DNA of 64,000 nt from a virus. Taxonomy: Duplodnaviria; Caudoviricetes. Under the pieces are notes generated by a model. The model had not been told where the DNA came from. It was given only the letters and a program-made list of their open reading frames with translations, and made no database searches. Positions 37,652 to 47,202 of the stretch are shown here, one piece after another (the stretch's first letter is position 1; each line of letters starts with the position of its first letter). The stretch covers positions 1,694 through 65,693 of the IMG/VR virus record IMGVR_UViG_3300043449_001907; one strand, 5' to 3'. The translations under genes and the position numbers were made by a program.

Positions 37652-38687
37652 TGATATTCGAAACTCTTTAGAGAAGCTCGGTTATTCTCTAAAAGATTTT
37701 GGAAGTCACTGGAGAACAAAAGCTATTTATCGTGGAGGGGATAATCCTACTGCTTTAAAAGTGTATAAGAATACAGGAGTATGGCAAGATTATGTTCAGG
37801 GTAGCGGTTCAATGCCGTTTCAAAAACTAGTTGAACTAACTTTAAATACAAAAGACCCAAAAGTAATTAAGGAGTATATTAAGAAATCTGATTTTTCAGA
37901 AATCCAATATATCGTAAAAGAAAAAATTGAAATGGACAAAATCTATCCAGAAGAATGTTTGAAAAGACTTTTTCCTAATTTCTCATTTTACAAGAAGAGA
38001 AATATTAGTGAAGAAACCCAAAAACTTTTTAAGTGCGGTTTGGCTGGAAATGGTCAGATGTATCAAAGAATTGTTTTTCCAATTTACAATTCAGAAGGTC
38101 AAATCTTTGGGTTCAGTGGTAGAAAAATTAACGACAATACTGACTCTCCAAAGTGGAAACATATTGGCACAAAAACAAAGTGGGTATATCCAGCTTTTGT
38201 TCCAAGAGAGAAGACAGTAGATGAACTGATTGAAGAAAAGAAAGAAGTTATTCTTGTTGAAAGTATTGGCGATAGTTTAGCTTTAACCGAAGAGGGTTAT
38301 GCCAATAACCTTGTTACTTTTGGACTAGATTGCTCACCAGCACTTCTTAATTATCTATGTTCTAAAAACCTAGATAAGATTATTATTGCCACAAACAATG
38401 ATTCTGAAAAGCAGAAAAATCATGGTAAAATCTCAGCTATGAAAAACTACATGAAGCTCAGTCAGTTTTTTAATTTCGAGCAGCTTTCAGTCCAGCTTCC
38501 ATGGGCAAATGATTTTAGTGATATGCGTCAGCAAGAAATGTCATTTGCAGATTGGTACAACCCTCCACAAGCTTCGCAAGAAGCAAAGTTAAATGACTAT
38601 AAAGAATTCTGCTTACTCAACCGTAGTTCTTTCCAAGACAAAAAACTTAAGAAATTTTTAAAGAAAATCGAAGACTTTGGAATCTAA
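37614..38687 (+). CDS. dnaG: DnaG-like primase
   Basis: RIVFPIYN..GFSGR..KWKH, Toprim LVESIGD; start moved to the ATG at 37614. Confidence 0.85.
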   Translation: MEETQHQTLTNSDDIRNSLEKLGYSLKDFGSHWRTKAIYRGGDNPTALKVYKNTGVWQDYVQGSGSMPFQKLVELTLNTKDPKVIKEYIKKSDFSEIQYIVKEKIEMDKIYPEECLKRLFPNFSFYKKRNISEETQKLFKCGLAGNGQMYQRIVFPIYNSEGQIFGFSGRKINDNTDSPKWKHIGTKTKWVYPAFVPREKTVDELIEEKKEVILVESIGDSLALTEEGYANNLVTFGLDCSPALLNYLCSKNLDKIIIATNNDSEKQKNHGKISAMKNYMKLSQFFNFEQLSVQLPWANDFSDMRQQEMSFADWYNPPQASQEAKLNDYKEFCLLNRSSFQDKKLKKFLKKIEDFGI

Positions 38688-38717
38688 AAATAAATGGAGC
38701 AAAAAGAGGGTGTTTAA

Positions 38718-38726
38718 GTGTAATAT
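38718..38726 (+). promoter_or_regulatory. GTGTAA motif upstream of the GIY-YIG gene
   Basis: AAGTGTAATATATTGC-ATG. Confidence 0.55.
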
Positions 38727-38731
38727 ATTGC

Positions 38732-39490
38732 ATGTATTTATATTTAATAACTAACTTATTGAATAATAAACAATATGTTGGGATTACTACGCAGAAAAAC
38801 CCATATAGAAGATGGGTCGAACATAAATCAAAAGCATTAAAAAATAAAAATAAAAATCCGATTCATTCTGCGATTAAAAAATACGGATGTGAAAATTTTA
38901 AATTTGAAATCGTCAAGGAGTTAAATAGTTCTTGTATTAATGAGCTTTTAGAAGAAGAAACAAAATTAATTTTAAAGCTTAATACCTTAGCTCCTAATGG
39001 TTATAATTTGAAATTAAAAAGCTCTTTTCGTATTGCAAGTCCAGAACTATCTAGGAAATTGTCTCGCGGAAATCAGGGAGTAAGTAAATTAAAAAATCCA
39101 TCTTCTCGTTTTATCGGAGTTTACAAGAATCGAAAAAGTTTATCATTTTCATGCGAAATAGCCTTCCAAAAGGAAAAGTATAAAAAAGTTTTTTTACTAG
39201 AAGAAGAGGCTGCGAAAACGTACGATATGATGGCTATATATTTTTATGGTCGAGAGAGTAAAACAAATTTTCATCAATCTTTGTATTCTGATGAACAGGT
39301 AAATAAATGTTTCAGTTCTTTTTACGAAAGGTCGAGTGATTTTTATACCTCTAAATATAAAGGGGTTTATTTCTCTAAAGAAAGAAATTGCTACCGCGCC
39401 AGATACAAAAACAGACACATAGGACAAGCACCAACTGAAGAAGAAGCTTATAATAAATTACAAGAATATTTAAAAAATAATGTCACATAA
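38732..39490 (+). mobile_element. Free-standing GIY-YIG homing endonuclease with two AP2-like DNA-binding domains
   Basis: YLYLITN..QYVGIT..RW.EH; SRFIGVY..EEEAAKTYD..TNF and SKYKGVYF..YRARY..TEEEAY; more AT-rich than its neighbours. Confidence 0.85.
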
Positions 39491-40508
39491 ACCTAAGACT
39501 CCATTATCTGCTAGTAGAATTAAAACTGCACAAAGTTGCAGTTGGTTATACTGGTGTAAATACCATTTAAAATTGCCAGATAAAGGTAATGAAGGAAGCT
39601 CCAGGGGGTCAATTTGCCACTTGGTTTTTGAATGCTTGGGAGAAAAGCGTCACAAAAAACACTACGATCTTATCATTAAAAAGAAAGATATTTTTGCAAG
39701 CAAAGCTATTGAGCGAATGGTAATGAAGCACGCTCGTAGAGATGGCGTAGATTCAGAAGACAATATCCAACAAATAAAGACAATGACTCTAGCTGGACTA
39801 GAGTACGACTTCTTTGGCAATGAAGAAGGCAAGCCTACCCAAGCTTTAAGCGAAGAGGATTTTGACTTCAACTATCAAGACGGTGAAGTGAGCTATAAAA
39901 TCAAAGGCTTTATTGATAAGTTGTTTCTATATAAGAAAAAGGGCTTGGCAATTATTCGCGACTTTAAAAGCAGCAAGGAACCATTTAAGGGCAAAGAGAT
40001 TGAAAACAATCTTCAAGACCTAATGTATGCCTTAGCTGTTAGAAAGAAATTTCCAGATTATAAAATCACACGTTCTGAATTTTTATTCCTAAAGTTCTTG
40101 CCAGAAGTAAAGGGAGTAATCAAAATGGCAGAATTGACTGATGAAGAATTGCGCGGATTCGAATTGGAATTGACTCAAATCCAAAAGTATTTAGATAATT
40201 TTTCTATTCAAGACGCTTTCTCTGATCTTGCGGCTCGCAAAGACTATCCAAAAGATAACTCGTTTGGCGGGCCATTGCAATGTGGCCGAGCTACATTCAA
40301 AGGTCAAAAGAAAAAAGATGGTAGTATTATGTACCATTGTCCATATAAGTTTGATTTTTATTATTACAAAATCAATGACAAACAGGGCAATATGGTAGCC
40401 TCTTGTTTCTTAGAAGATTTCGATGAGTACATTAAAAAGTATCCAGAAAAAGACTTCCTATATCAAACCGTTTATTACAGTGGTTGTCCTGCGCATCGAA
40501 AATCATAA
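39480..40508 (+). CDS. PD-(D/E)xK exonuclease (RecB/Cas4-like)
   Basis: LSASRIK..C, GSICHLVFE, IKGFIDKL..IIRDFKSSK, and C-terminal Cys residues. Confidence 0.85.
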   Translation: MSHKPKTPLSASRIKTAQSCSWLYWCKYHLKLPDKGNEGSSRGSICHLVFECLGEKRHKKHYDLIIKKKDIFASKAIERMVMKHARRDGVDSEDNIQQIKTMTLAGLEYDFFGNEEGKPTQALSEEDFDFNYQDGEVSYKIKGFIDKLFLYKKKGLAIIRDFKSSKEPFKGKEIENNLQDLMYALAVRKKFPDYKITRSEFLFLKFLPEVKGVIKMAELTDEELRGFELELTQIQKYLDNFSIQDAFSDLAARKDYPKDNSFGGPLQCGRATFKGQKKKDGSIMYHCPYKFDFYYYKINDKQGNMVASCFLEDFDEYIKKYPEKDFLYQTVYYSGCPAHRKS

Positions 40509-40514
40509 AAGAAC

Positions 40515-40543
40515 TTGACTCTTATGCGTACTACTACTATAGT
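40515..40543 (+). promoter_or_regulatory. Sigma70-like promoter upstream of the polymerase genes
   Basis: TTGACT-N17-TATAGT, 5 nt before the ATG at 40549. Confidence 0.7.
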
Positions 40544-40548
40544 AGTGC

Positions 40549-41301
40549 ATGATTCCAATTTTCAAGTCCAACTGTAGTATTGGCAAGTCAATACTAACAC
40601 TTGATGACCCATCGAAAACAAAAGATGGTTCTGCCGATAGTATAATTTCTATAGCCGTTGAAAACGGTCTAAGTCAACTCTTTTTGGTTGAAGACTCAAT
40701 GATTGGTTTCATTGAAGCATTTACAAAATGCAAAGAGAATAATATTCAACTCGTTTTTGGACTTAGAATCAGTTGTTGCAACGATAGAATGAGCGAAGAC
40801 AAGAATCTTTCTCATAGTAAAATCGTTATCTTCGCAAAGAACGATGAGGGTTTAAAAACTTTGACAAAAATTTATTCCTTGGCAAATACAGAGTCCCAAG
40901 GTTTTGTTGATTCCTCTCTTTTGAAGAAGCATTGGAATAGTAATGTTCTTATGGCTATTCCATTCTATGATTCTTTTATTTATAACAATAACTTCAAAGG
41001 ATCGCTTTGCGTTGCTGATTTTGAATTCGCAAATCCAATTTTGTTTGTTGAGGAAAACGATTTGCCGTTTGATCATATCCTCCAAGCGAAAGTTGAAAAA
41101 TGGGCGCAAATCAATAACTCAAGAATTGAAAAAGTTAAATCAATCTACTACAAAGACAGAAAAGATTTTGAGGCTTGGCAGACTTATAAATGCCTTTGTA
41201 ATAGGTCGTTTGGCAAACAACAGTCTCTTTCTAGTCCAAATCTAGAACATTGTGGCAGCGACTCTTTTTGTTGGGAGGCATTTAAAGAAAATGAAAGATA
41301 A
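40549..41301 (+). CDS. Stand-alone PHP domain of DNA polymerase III alpha (degenerate)
   Basis: FKSNCSIGKSIL..AVENG..VEDSMIGF..VFGLRI..VIFAKNDEGLKTLTKIYSLA follows the DnaE PHP pattern. Confidence 0.8.
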   Translation: MIPIFKSNCSIGKSILTLDDPSKTKDGSADSIISIAVENGLSQLFLVEDSMIGFIEAFTKCKENNIQLVFGLRISCCNDRMSEDKNLSHSKIVIFAKNDEGLKTLTKIYSLANTESQGFVDSSLLKKHWNSNVLMAIPFYDSFIYNNNFKGSLCVADFEFANPILFVEENDLPFDHILQAKVEKWAQINNSRIEKVKSIYYKDRKDFEAWQTYKCLCNRSFGKQQSLSSPNLEHCGSDSFCWEAFKENER

Positions 41302-41926
41302 TTTACTTCGATTTGATTTTAATCAAAAATACGTTATTCTTGACACCGAAACAGAAGGCTTAAATCTTCTCAAGTCAAGACCTTGGCAAATTGCTTGGAT
41401 TGAAGCTTCTGGCAAGAAGATTCTCTCGAAAGAAGAGAGGTTCATTTATTGGCCCGATTTGAATATCAGCGAAGAAGCTGCTCGGATTACTGGATTCAAC
41501 TACGACAAGTATCGGTCACTAGCTAAATCTCCAGAAGAAGTTTTGGAAGAGTTCTTGCCAATCTTGAACAATAAAGACACTAAAATTATCGGCCAGAATA
41601 TTCTTGGCTTTGATGTTTACATGTTGAATTCTTGGCAGAGAGCTATTGGTCAAAAAGCTAACTTTGATTATGTTAGCCGTATTATTGATACAAAAGCTTT
41701 GGCAATGGCTATCGCTAAAGGCATCAAAATCGTTGAGTCTGATGACTTGATTAGCTGGCAGTATAGGTGGCTTAATCATCGCGAAAAAGGCATTAAAACG
41801 AGCCAAGCTCATCTTCTCAAGCATTATGAAATTCCTCATGACCCAGCGATGCTTCATGATGCTCTTTACGATATTGAAATGACTTTTAAAATTTTTCAGA
41901 AACAAATTTACGACATTGAAATCTAA
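41291..41926 (+). CDS. DEDDh 3'-5' exonuclease (DnaQ/epsilon-like)
   Basis: ILDTETEG, GQNILGFDV, IIDT and HDALYDI; start moved to the ATG at 41291. Confidence 0.9.
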   Translation: MKDNLLRFDFNQKYVILDTETEGLNLLKSRPWQIAWIEASGKKILSKEERFIYWPDLNISEEAARITGFNYDKYRSLAKSPEEVLEEFLPILNNKDTKIIGQNILGFDVYMLNSWQRAIGQKANFDYVSRIIDTKALAMAIAKGIKIVESDDLISWQYRWLNHREKGIKTSQAHLLKHYEIPHDPAMLHDALYDIEMTFKIFQKQIYDIEI

Positions 41927-44481
41927 TGATTGAATTATTCCAAAAATACGAACAACCAGTTCTCCCTGGCGTTAAGCTTCCACAGATTATTATTGAACAG
42001 AAGTATTATGATCTGCTAAATATTCCGAACGACTCAAGCAACTATCAGTTTCTTCGAAAGCTTTGCCACAAAGGAGTTCTCGACAAAGGTATTGATAAAA
42101 AAGAAAATTGCCAAGTTTATTATGATCGTGTTAAAAATGAACTTTCTTTATTTGAAGAGCTTGGGTTTATTGACTATGTTCTTCTTAATTGGGACATTCT
42201 AAAGTTCTGTCATGAGAATGGAATTCCCACAGGCCCAGGGCGAGGTTCTGCTGCTGGTTCTCTTGTGCTTTACTTGATTGGCGTTACAAAGGTTGACCCT
42301 ATTCAATACGATCTTTACTTTGAGCGATTTGTTTCAAAGAGTCGCGCAAGAAAGATTGAAGCGAACGGTCAAGTTTTCCTTGACGGTTCCCTGCTGGCAG
42401 ATGTTGATAATGACATTGCTTATGAGCGCCGACATGAAGTTATTAAATTTATTGAAGAAAAATATGCTGGTAAGACTTGCAAAATTCTCACACTCAATAC
42501 TCTAAGCAGTAAACTCTGCATTAAAGAGTGTGGAAAGCTTGTTGGAGAACTTGCAGAGTCTCAAGTGAATGAAGTCAGCGACATGATTCCAAAGAAGTTT
42601 GGCAAAGTCGCATCTTTGAAAAATGCCTGTGAAGAAAATGAGAAGTTCAAAGAGTGGGCAAATGAAAACCCAAAAATCTTTTCAATTGCTAAAAAGCTAG
42701 AAGGTCTTGTTAAAAATACAGGAGTTCACCCATCTGGCATTGCAATTAGCCATTATTCCTTGGAGGATATTATGCCTCTTCAAACAACAGGAGAAGGCGA
42801 TCTTGTATCTGGCTATGATATGAACGATGTCGCAAGTCTTTGCGTTAAGTTTGACATTCTTGGACTCCGAACTCTTTCAGTGATTCAAGATGTTTGCAAA
42901 CAGATTGGTTTAGATATTCTATCTGTTGATCTAGCAACTAATGATATTTACGACAACCTACAGAATCTTATCTGTCCACAAGGCTTGTTCCAGATTGAAG
43001 CTGACACGAACTTTAAAGTCGCCCAAAAGGTCAAGCCAAAGAATCTAGAACAGCTTTCTGCGGTGGTGGCTATTGCTCGCCCTGGAGCATTGGACTTCTT
43101 GGACAGATATGCCAGATATGTTGAAACAGGAGAGTTCCAAAGCGTCCACTCTTTCTTTGATGATATTCTGGAATACACTGGTGGCATTCCTCTTTATCAG
43201 GAACAGCTTATGAGAATGGCCGTTAAGGTTGGCTTTACACTAGATGAAGCTGAACAGCTTCGCCGTATTGTGGGCAAGAAGAAGGTTGATCAAATGGCAG
43301 CTTGGCAAGATAAGATCAAGCAAAAGATTGAGGAGAATAAACTCGATCCTGTCATTGGAGAGGTTCTATGGAAAGTCGCGGAAGATAGTGCGAACTACTC
43401 ATTCAACAAATCTCACTCAATCTCTTATGCTATTTTGGCAGCTTGGACAGTTTACCTCAAGTTTAAGTATCCGCAGAACTTCTTTCTTAGCTTGCTTAAG
43501 ATGACTCAGTTTGAGCCAGACTCTTATTCTGAAATTAATAAAATCAGTCAGGAGCTTACTTATTTCAATATCAAACTCTTGCCTCCCGACTTAACAAAGT
43601 CAAAAGCAGATTTCAGCATTGAAAAAACCAATATCAGATATGGCTTGAACAGCATCAAGGGTATTTCAGATAATACCGTAAACTCTCTCATGGAGTTCTG
43701 CAATACAGAACTAAAGCATAAATATGATGTTTTCATTACTGCGAAGCAGGTTGGCTTGAATATTGGAGCGTTATCTGCACTAATTCAGGCAGGCGCTCTT
43801 AATAGCTTTTCAGAAGATCGTTGCAGAATGGTTCTTGAAGCTCAAGCTTTCAATATTCTAACTGATAGAGAAAAGCGACTTTTTGAATCAATTGGTGAAA
43901 AGTATAATTATGATATTTTAACTAGTATCTACGATTGCGTTAGAAACAAGCAAGTTGGTGATGATAATAAACCAATCATGAGCGAAAAAAGATTCAATAC
44001 ATTCAAGACTAAGTATGCTGGTTATCGCGAAATTTATGACAAGAACAGCAAAAGTCCTAAATTTGCAAACTGGTATTTTGAAACTAAACTTCTCGGATAC
44101 TCTTATTCTCAAGTAGTCAGAGATATTTTTTCAGAGTCGAGTTCAGAAAGATACGTTGATTGCATGACCTTCAATTCTCTTGACATTAACGAGAATGTGC
44201 GTATGGTTGGAGTTGTAAAAGACTGCTTCCGAAAGAAAAGTGCCAATGGAAATAAATATGCTAGACTTGAAATCGCTGATGAAAACGGCAAAATCAAAGC
44301 TATGCTTCTTGACTCCAATCAAAAAGCAAGACTTACAGAATATCTAGACAATGGCAATAAACTACCAAAAGAAGAAAACATTGTCATTGTAACAGGTAAA
44401 AAAGGCGACGATATATTATTTATTGACAAGATGGCAATTTTAGACGAAAAGATTTATATGAAACTTTCTGAGATTAAATAA
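41926..44481 (+). CDS. dnaE: DNA polymerase III alpha catalytic core (no PHP domain)
   Basis: GPGRGSAAGSL, LYFERF, ADVDND, HPSGI, KFDILGL, YSFNKSH and a C-terminal OB fold. Confidence 0.95.
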   Translation: MIELFQKYEQPVLPGVKLPQIIIEQKYYDLLNIPNDSSNYQFLRKLCHKGVLDKGIDKKENCQVYYDRVKNELSLFEELGFIDYVLLNWDILKFCHENGIPTGPGRGSAAGSLVLYLIGVTKVDPIQYDLYFERFVSKSRARKIEANGQVFLDGSLLADVDNDIAYERRHEVIKFIEEKYAGKTCKILTLNTLSSKLCIKECGKLVGELAESQVNEVSDMIPKKFGKVASLKNACEENEKFKEWANENPKIFSIAKKLEGLVKNTGVHPSGIAISHYSLEDIMPLQTTGEGDLVSGYDMNDVASLCVKFDILGLRTLSVIQDVCKQIGLDILSVDLATNDIYDNLQNLICPQGLFQIEADTNFKVAQKVKPKNLEQLSAVVAIARPGALDFLDRYARYVETGEFQSVHSFFDDILEYTGGIPLYQEQLMRMAVKVGFTLDEAEQLRRIVGKKKVDQMAAWQDKIKQKIEENKLDPVIGEVLWKVAEDSANYSFNKSHSISYAILAAWTVYLKFKYPQNFFLSLLKMTQFEPDSYSEINKISQELTYFNIKLLPPDLTKSKADFSIEKTNIRYGLNSIKGISDNTVNSLMEFCNTELKHKYDVFITAKQVGLNIGALSALIQAGALNSFSEDRCRMVLEAQAFNILTDREKRLFESIGEKYNYDILTSIYDCVRNKQVGDDNKPIMSEKRFNTFKTKYAGYREIYDKNSKSPKFANWYFETKLLGYSYSQVVRDIFSESSSERYVDCMTFNSLDINENVRMVGVVKDCFRKKSANGNKYARLEIADENGKIKAMLLDSNQKARLTEYLDNGNKLPKEENIVIVTGKKGDDILFIDKMAILDEKIYMKLSEIK

Positions 44482-44491
44482 GTGTAAAAAT

Positions 44492-46909
44492 ATGAGGATG
44501 AAAAATTTTAACTTGACTCCAAGAGTCAAAAAAGCAATTCAAAACGCTCAAAATTTTGCGAAAGAAATGGGGCATCAAAGAGTTAACTGCTCCCACATCT
44601 TTAAAAGCATTCTTGAATTGGATTATCCGCTGTTTAAAAGCTTATTCAGACCTTATCTAGTCAACCATCTTGAAATGGCTGATGAAGTAGTTAAATATGT
44701 TTTTGAAAATCATCCAAGCCTTTTCGATAAAAAAGTCAATCAAAAAACTTGGCACAACGAAGTTGATGAAATTTTAAAGTTCTCTAGTGAGGTTGCGTCT
44801 CAGTTAAAACAAGAATATATTGGAGTTGAGCATATCCTATATGCAATCACAATGACTTCTCCAACAGTCCGAGGATTCTTGAGAGATAAAAATTTCCCAA
44901 TCGAACAGTTTGCGGGAAGTCTTATTTCTTACATGAATCCTCAAAGCGCTTCGCTGCCAAGCTTAGAACCAAAGAAAGCTCCAGTTGAAGAACGGCAAGA
45001 AGAGGAAGAAGTCGAGTCAAAATATATCGCAAAATACTGTGTCAACCTAAATGACGCAGCGAGAAACGGCAAGCTCAATAGCCTTCATGGAAGAGACGAA
45101 GAGATCAAGCTTCTTGTTGAAACACTTCTTAGAAAGACAAAAAGTAATGCAATTTTAATTGGCGATCCTGGCGTTGGTAAAACAGCAATTGTTGAAGGAT
45201 TAGCGAATAAGATTGTGCGCGATGAAGTGACTCCTCTTCTTGCTAATAAAATTGTCTTGTCTTTGAATATGGCAAGCATGGTTGCTGGCACAAAATATCG
45301 TGGTCAATTTGAACAAAGATTCCAAGGTCTTCTTGACGAACTCAAGAAAGATTCTAGATACATTATTTTTATTGATGAAATTCACACAATGATTGGCGCT
45401 GGCAGCGGAGAAGGTTCTCTTGATGTTGCCAATATGATTAAGCCCGCTCTTGCAAGAGGAGAAATCACATGCATTGGCGCAACCACACAGTCAGAATTTA
45501 AAAAGCTCTTTGAAAAAGACGGAGCCTTAAAAAGAAGATTTGAACAGATTATTGTTGAAGAACCTTCAAAAGATCAGGTTGAAGCAATCATGTTGAATGC
45601 TAAAACTCAATTTGAAGACTTTCATAATGTTTATTTCTCTCCAGAGATTATTAAAAATCTAGTTTATCTTTGCGATAAATATATGCCTTATCGTAAATTT
45701 CCAGATAAGTCGTTCGACATGCTGGATTTGATTAGCTCAAAGGTTAAAATCTCTAATTTTAAAATGCCTAAAAATCTCTCTTCTTTAGAGAAGAAGCTGA
45801 AAAAGAATATCCTTCGCCAAGAAGATGAGGTGCAAGAACATTTTTCAGAAATGATCATGGAGTATTCTCAAAAGCTTTATGATTGGGCATCTAAAAAGCA
45901 TAAAAAAATCAACGTCACAAATGACCATCTTGTAGAAGTCTTTTCTCAAAAACTAAAAATTCAAAAGAACAAAATCGTTCTTCCAGAAAATATAGAGACT
46001 GATGACTTGTCGAGCATTCTCAAAAAGGGAGTTTTTGGCCAAGATCAGGCTATTGATAAAATTTCGGATGTTCTTTCCTGCTCAAGAGCAGGGTTGAGAC
46101 AAAAGGATAAGCCAATGGGCAAGTTCTTGTTTATTGGGCCAACAGGAGTTGGTAAAACGTGGACAGCGAAACTAATTGCCGAGAAGTTCTTGGGTAACGA
46201 AAAGCTATTGCTGAAATTGGACATGAGCGAGTATCAAGAAAGCAGTTCAATCAATAAGCTGCTTGGTTCATCCATTGGATACATTGGATGCGAGGAAGGT
46301 GGCATTCTGACTGAATTTGTGCGCAATAATCCAAGTGCAGTGGTTTTATTTGATGAAATTGAAAAGGCTCATAAAGACCTTAACAGTATTCTTCTTCAAA
46401 TCATGGACGATGGCTATGTCACAGACAGTCTTGGTCGCAGAATTGATTTTAGCAATACAATCATTATTCTAACTGGCAATATTGGTCAAGAGAATGCTTC
46501 TCCAAAACCTAGCATGGGCTTTGTTCCAGTTGTCGAAAAACCAGAAAACGGATACAAAAAAGCTGTAGAAAACTTCTTTAGGCCAGAGTTCTTAGCTCGT
46601 CTTGACGATATTATTGTGTTTGAGAAAATCTCAACCAATGAATTCCATAAGATTCTAGAAAAGCTCATGCAAAAAACATCAAAGCTTTTGGAATTACAAG
46701 GTAGAAAGATTGAATTTTCAGAAAATGTATTCTCTTTTCTTCTCAAGAAGATTGAAGAGTCTGGTAGCAATGCCCGCTCTATCGAGAAGATTTATCGCCA
46801 GCACTTTGAAATTCCCCTTGCTAAATTCATGCTCAAGAATAGCGTGGCAGAATTTTCTTCCGAAATTTTTGAAATGGAAGTAAGGTTTGTTGAGAGTGTG
46901 CGTAGTTAA
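44492..46909 (+). CDS. ClpA/ClpC-type AAA+ ATPase
   Basis: Clp N-repeat, GDPGVGKT, FIDEIH, PDKSFD, GPTGVGKT, LFDEIEKAH, an MGF loop and FRPEFLARLD; true start may be the ATG at 44498. Confidence 0.93.
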   Translation: MRMKNFNLTPRVKKAIQNAQNFAKEMGHQRVNCSHIFKSILELDYPLFKSLFRPYLVNHLEMADEVVKYVFENHPSLFDKKVNQKTWHNEVDEILKFSSEVASQLKQEYIGVEHILYAITMTSPTVRGFLRDKNFPIEQFAGSLISYMNPQSASLPSLEPKKAPVEERQEEEEVESKYIAKYCVNLNDAARNGKLNSLHGRDEEIKLLVETLLRKTKSNAILIGDPGVGKTAIVEGLANKIVRDEVTPLLANKIVLSLNMASMVAGTKYRGQFEQRFQGLLDELKKDSRYIIFIDEIHTMIGAGSGEGSLDVANMIKPALARGEITCIGATTQSEFKKLFEKDGALKRRFEQIIVEEPSKDQVEAIMLNAKTQFEDFHNVYFSPEIIKNLVYLCDKYMPYRKFPDKSFDMLDLISSKVKISNFKMPKNLSSLEKKLKKNILRQEDEVQEHFSEMIMEYSQKLYDWASKKHKKINVTNDHLVEVFSQKLKIQKNKIVLPENIETDDLSSILKKGVFGQDQAIDKISDVLSCSRAGLRQKDKPMGKFLFIGPTGVGKTWTAKLIAEKFLGNEKLLLKLDMSEYQESSSINKLLGSSIGYIGCEEGGILTEFVRNNPSAVVLFDEIEKAHKDLNSILLQIMDDGYVTDSLGRRIDFSNTIIILTGNIGQENASPKPSMGFVPVVEKPENGYKKAVENFFRPEFLARLDDIIVFEKISTNEFHKILEKLMQKTSKLLELQGRKIEFSENVFSFLLKKIEESGSNARSIEKIYRQHFEIPLAKFMLKNSVAEFSSEIFEMEVRFVESVRS

Positions 46910-46917
46910 CTGTGCAA

Positions 46918-47141
46918 TGAAAATTCGCTCAACTCAAAACAGTATTGTTAACGCTATGCGTTCCAGCCGTGGCCGTTTCTTCGGTCTTACTACCACCCAA
47001 GGTAATCAAGTTAATGCTCGTTTCGTTAACGAAACCCCTCGTTACGTTCGCGTCTATGACCGCAACAGCGACACGACTCTAACTCTAGCCAAGACTAGCC
47101 TCGCAGGAATCCGCCTTAACGGTACTACAGTCAAAGCCTAA
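46918..47141 (+). CDS. Small basic protein (74 aa)
   Basis: ATG at 46918; codon usage is richer in C-ending and CGT/CGC codons than the flanks; followed by a terminator. Confidence 0.75.
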
Positions 47142-47161
47142 TTAGGGCGCAACATGAAATT

Positions 47162-47193
47162 AGAAACCCGTCGAATTCGACGGGTTTCTTTTT
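47162..47193 (+). terminator. Rho-independent terminator (perfect 28-bp palindrome)
   Basis: AGAAACCCGTCGAA/TTCGACGGGTTTCT followed by a T run. Confidence 0.88.
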
Positions 47194-47202
47194 ATTATAG
47201 GT

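Noticed and set aside
25184-44481. Inteins or group I introns in RNR, RecA, DnaB or DnaE
   Set aside because: Proteins are of normal or short length; no C/S..HN junction motifs or LAGLIDADG insertions seen.
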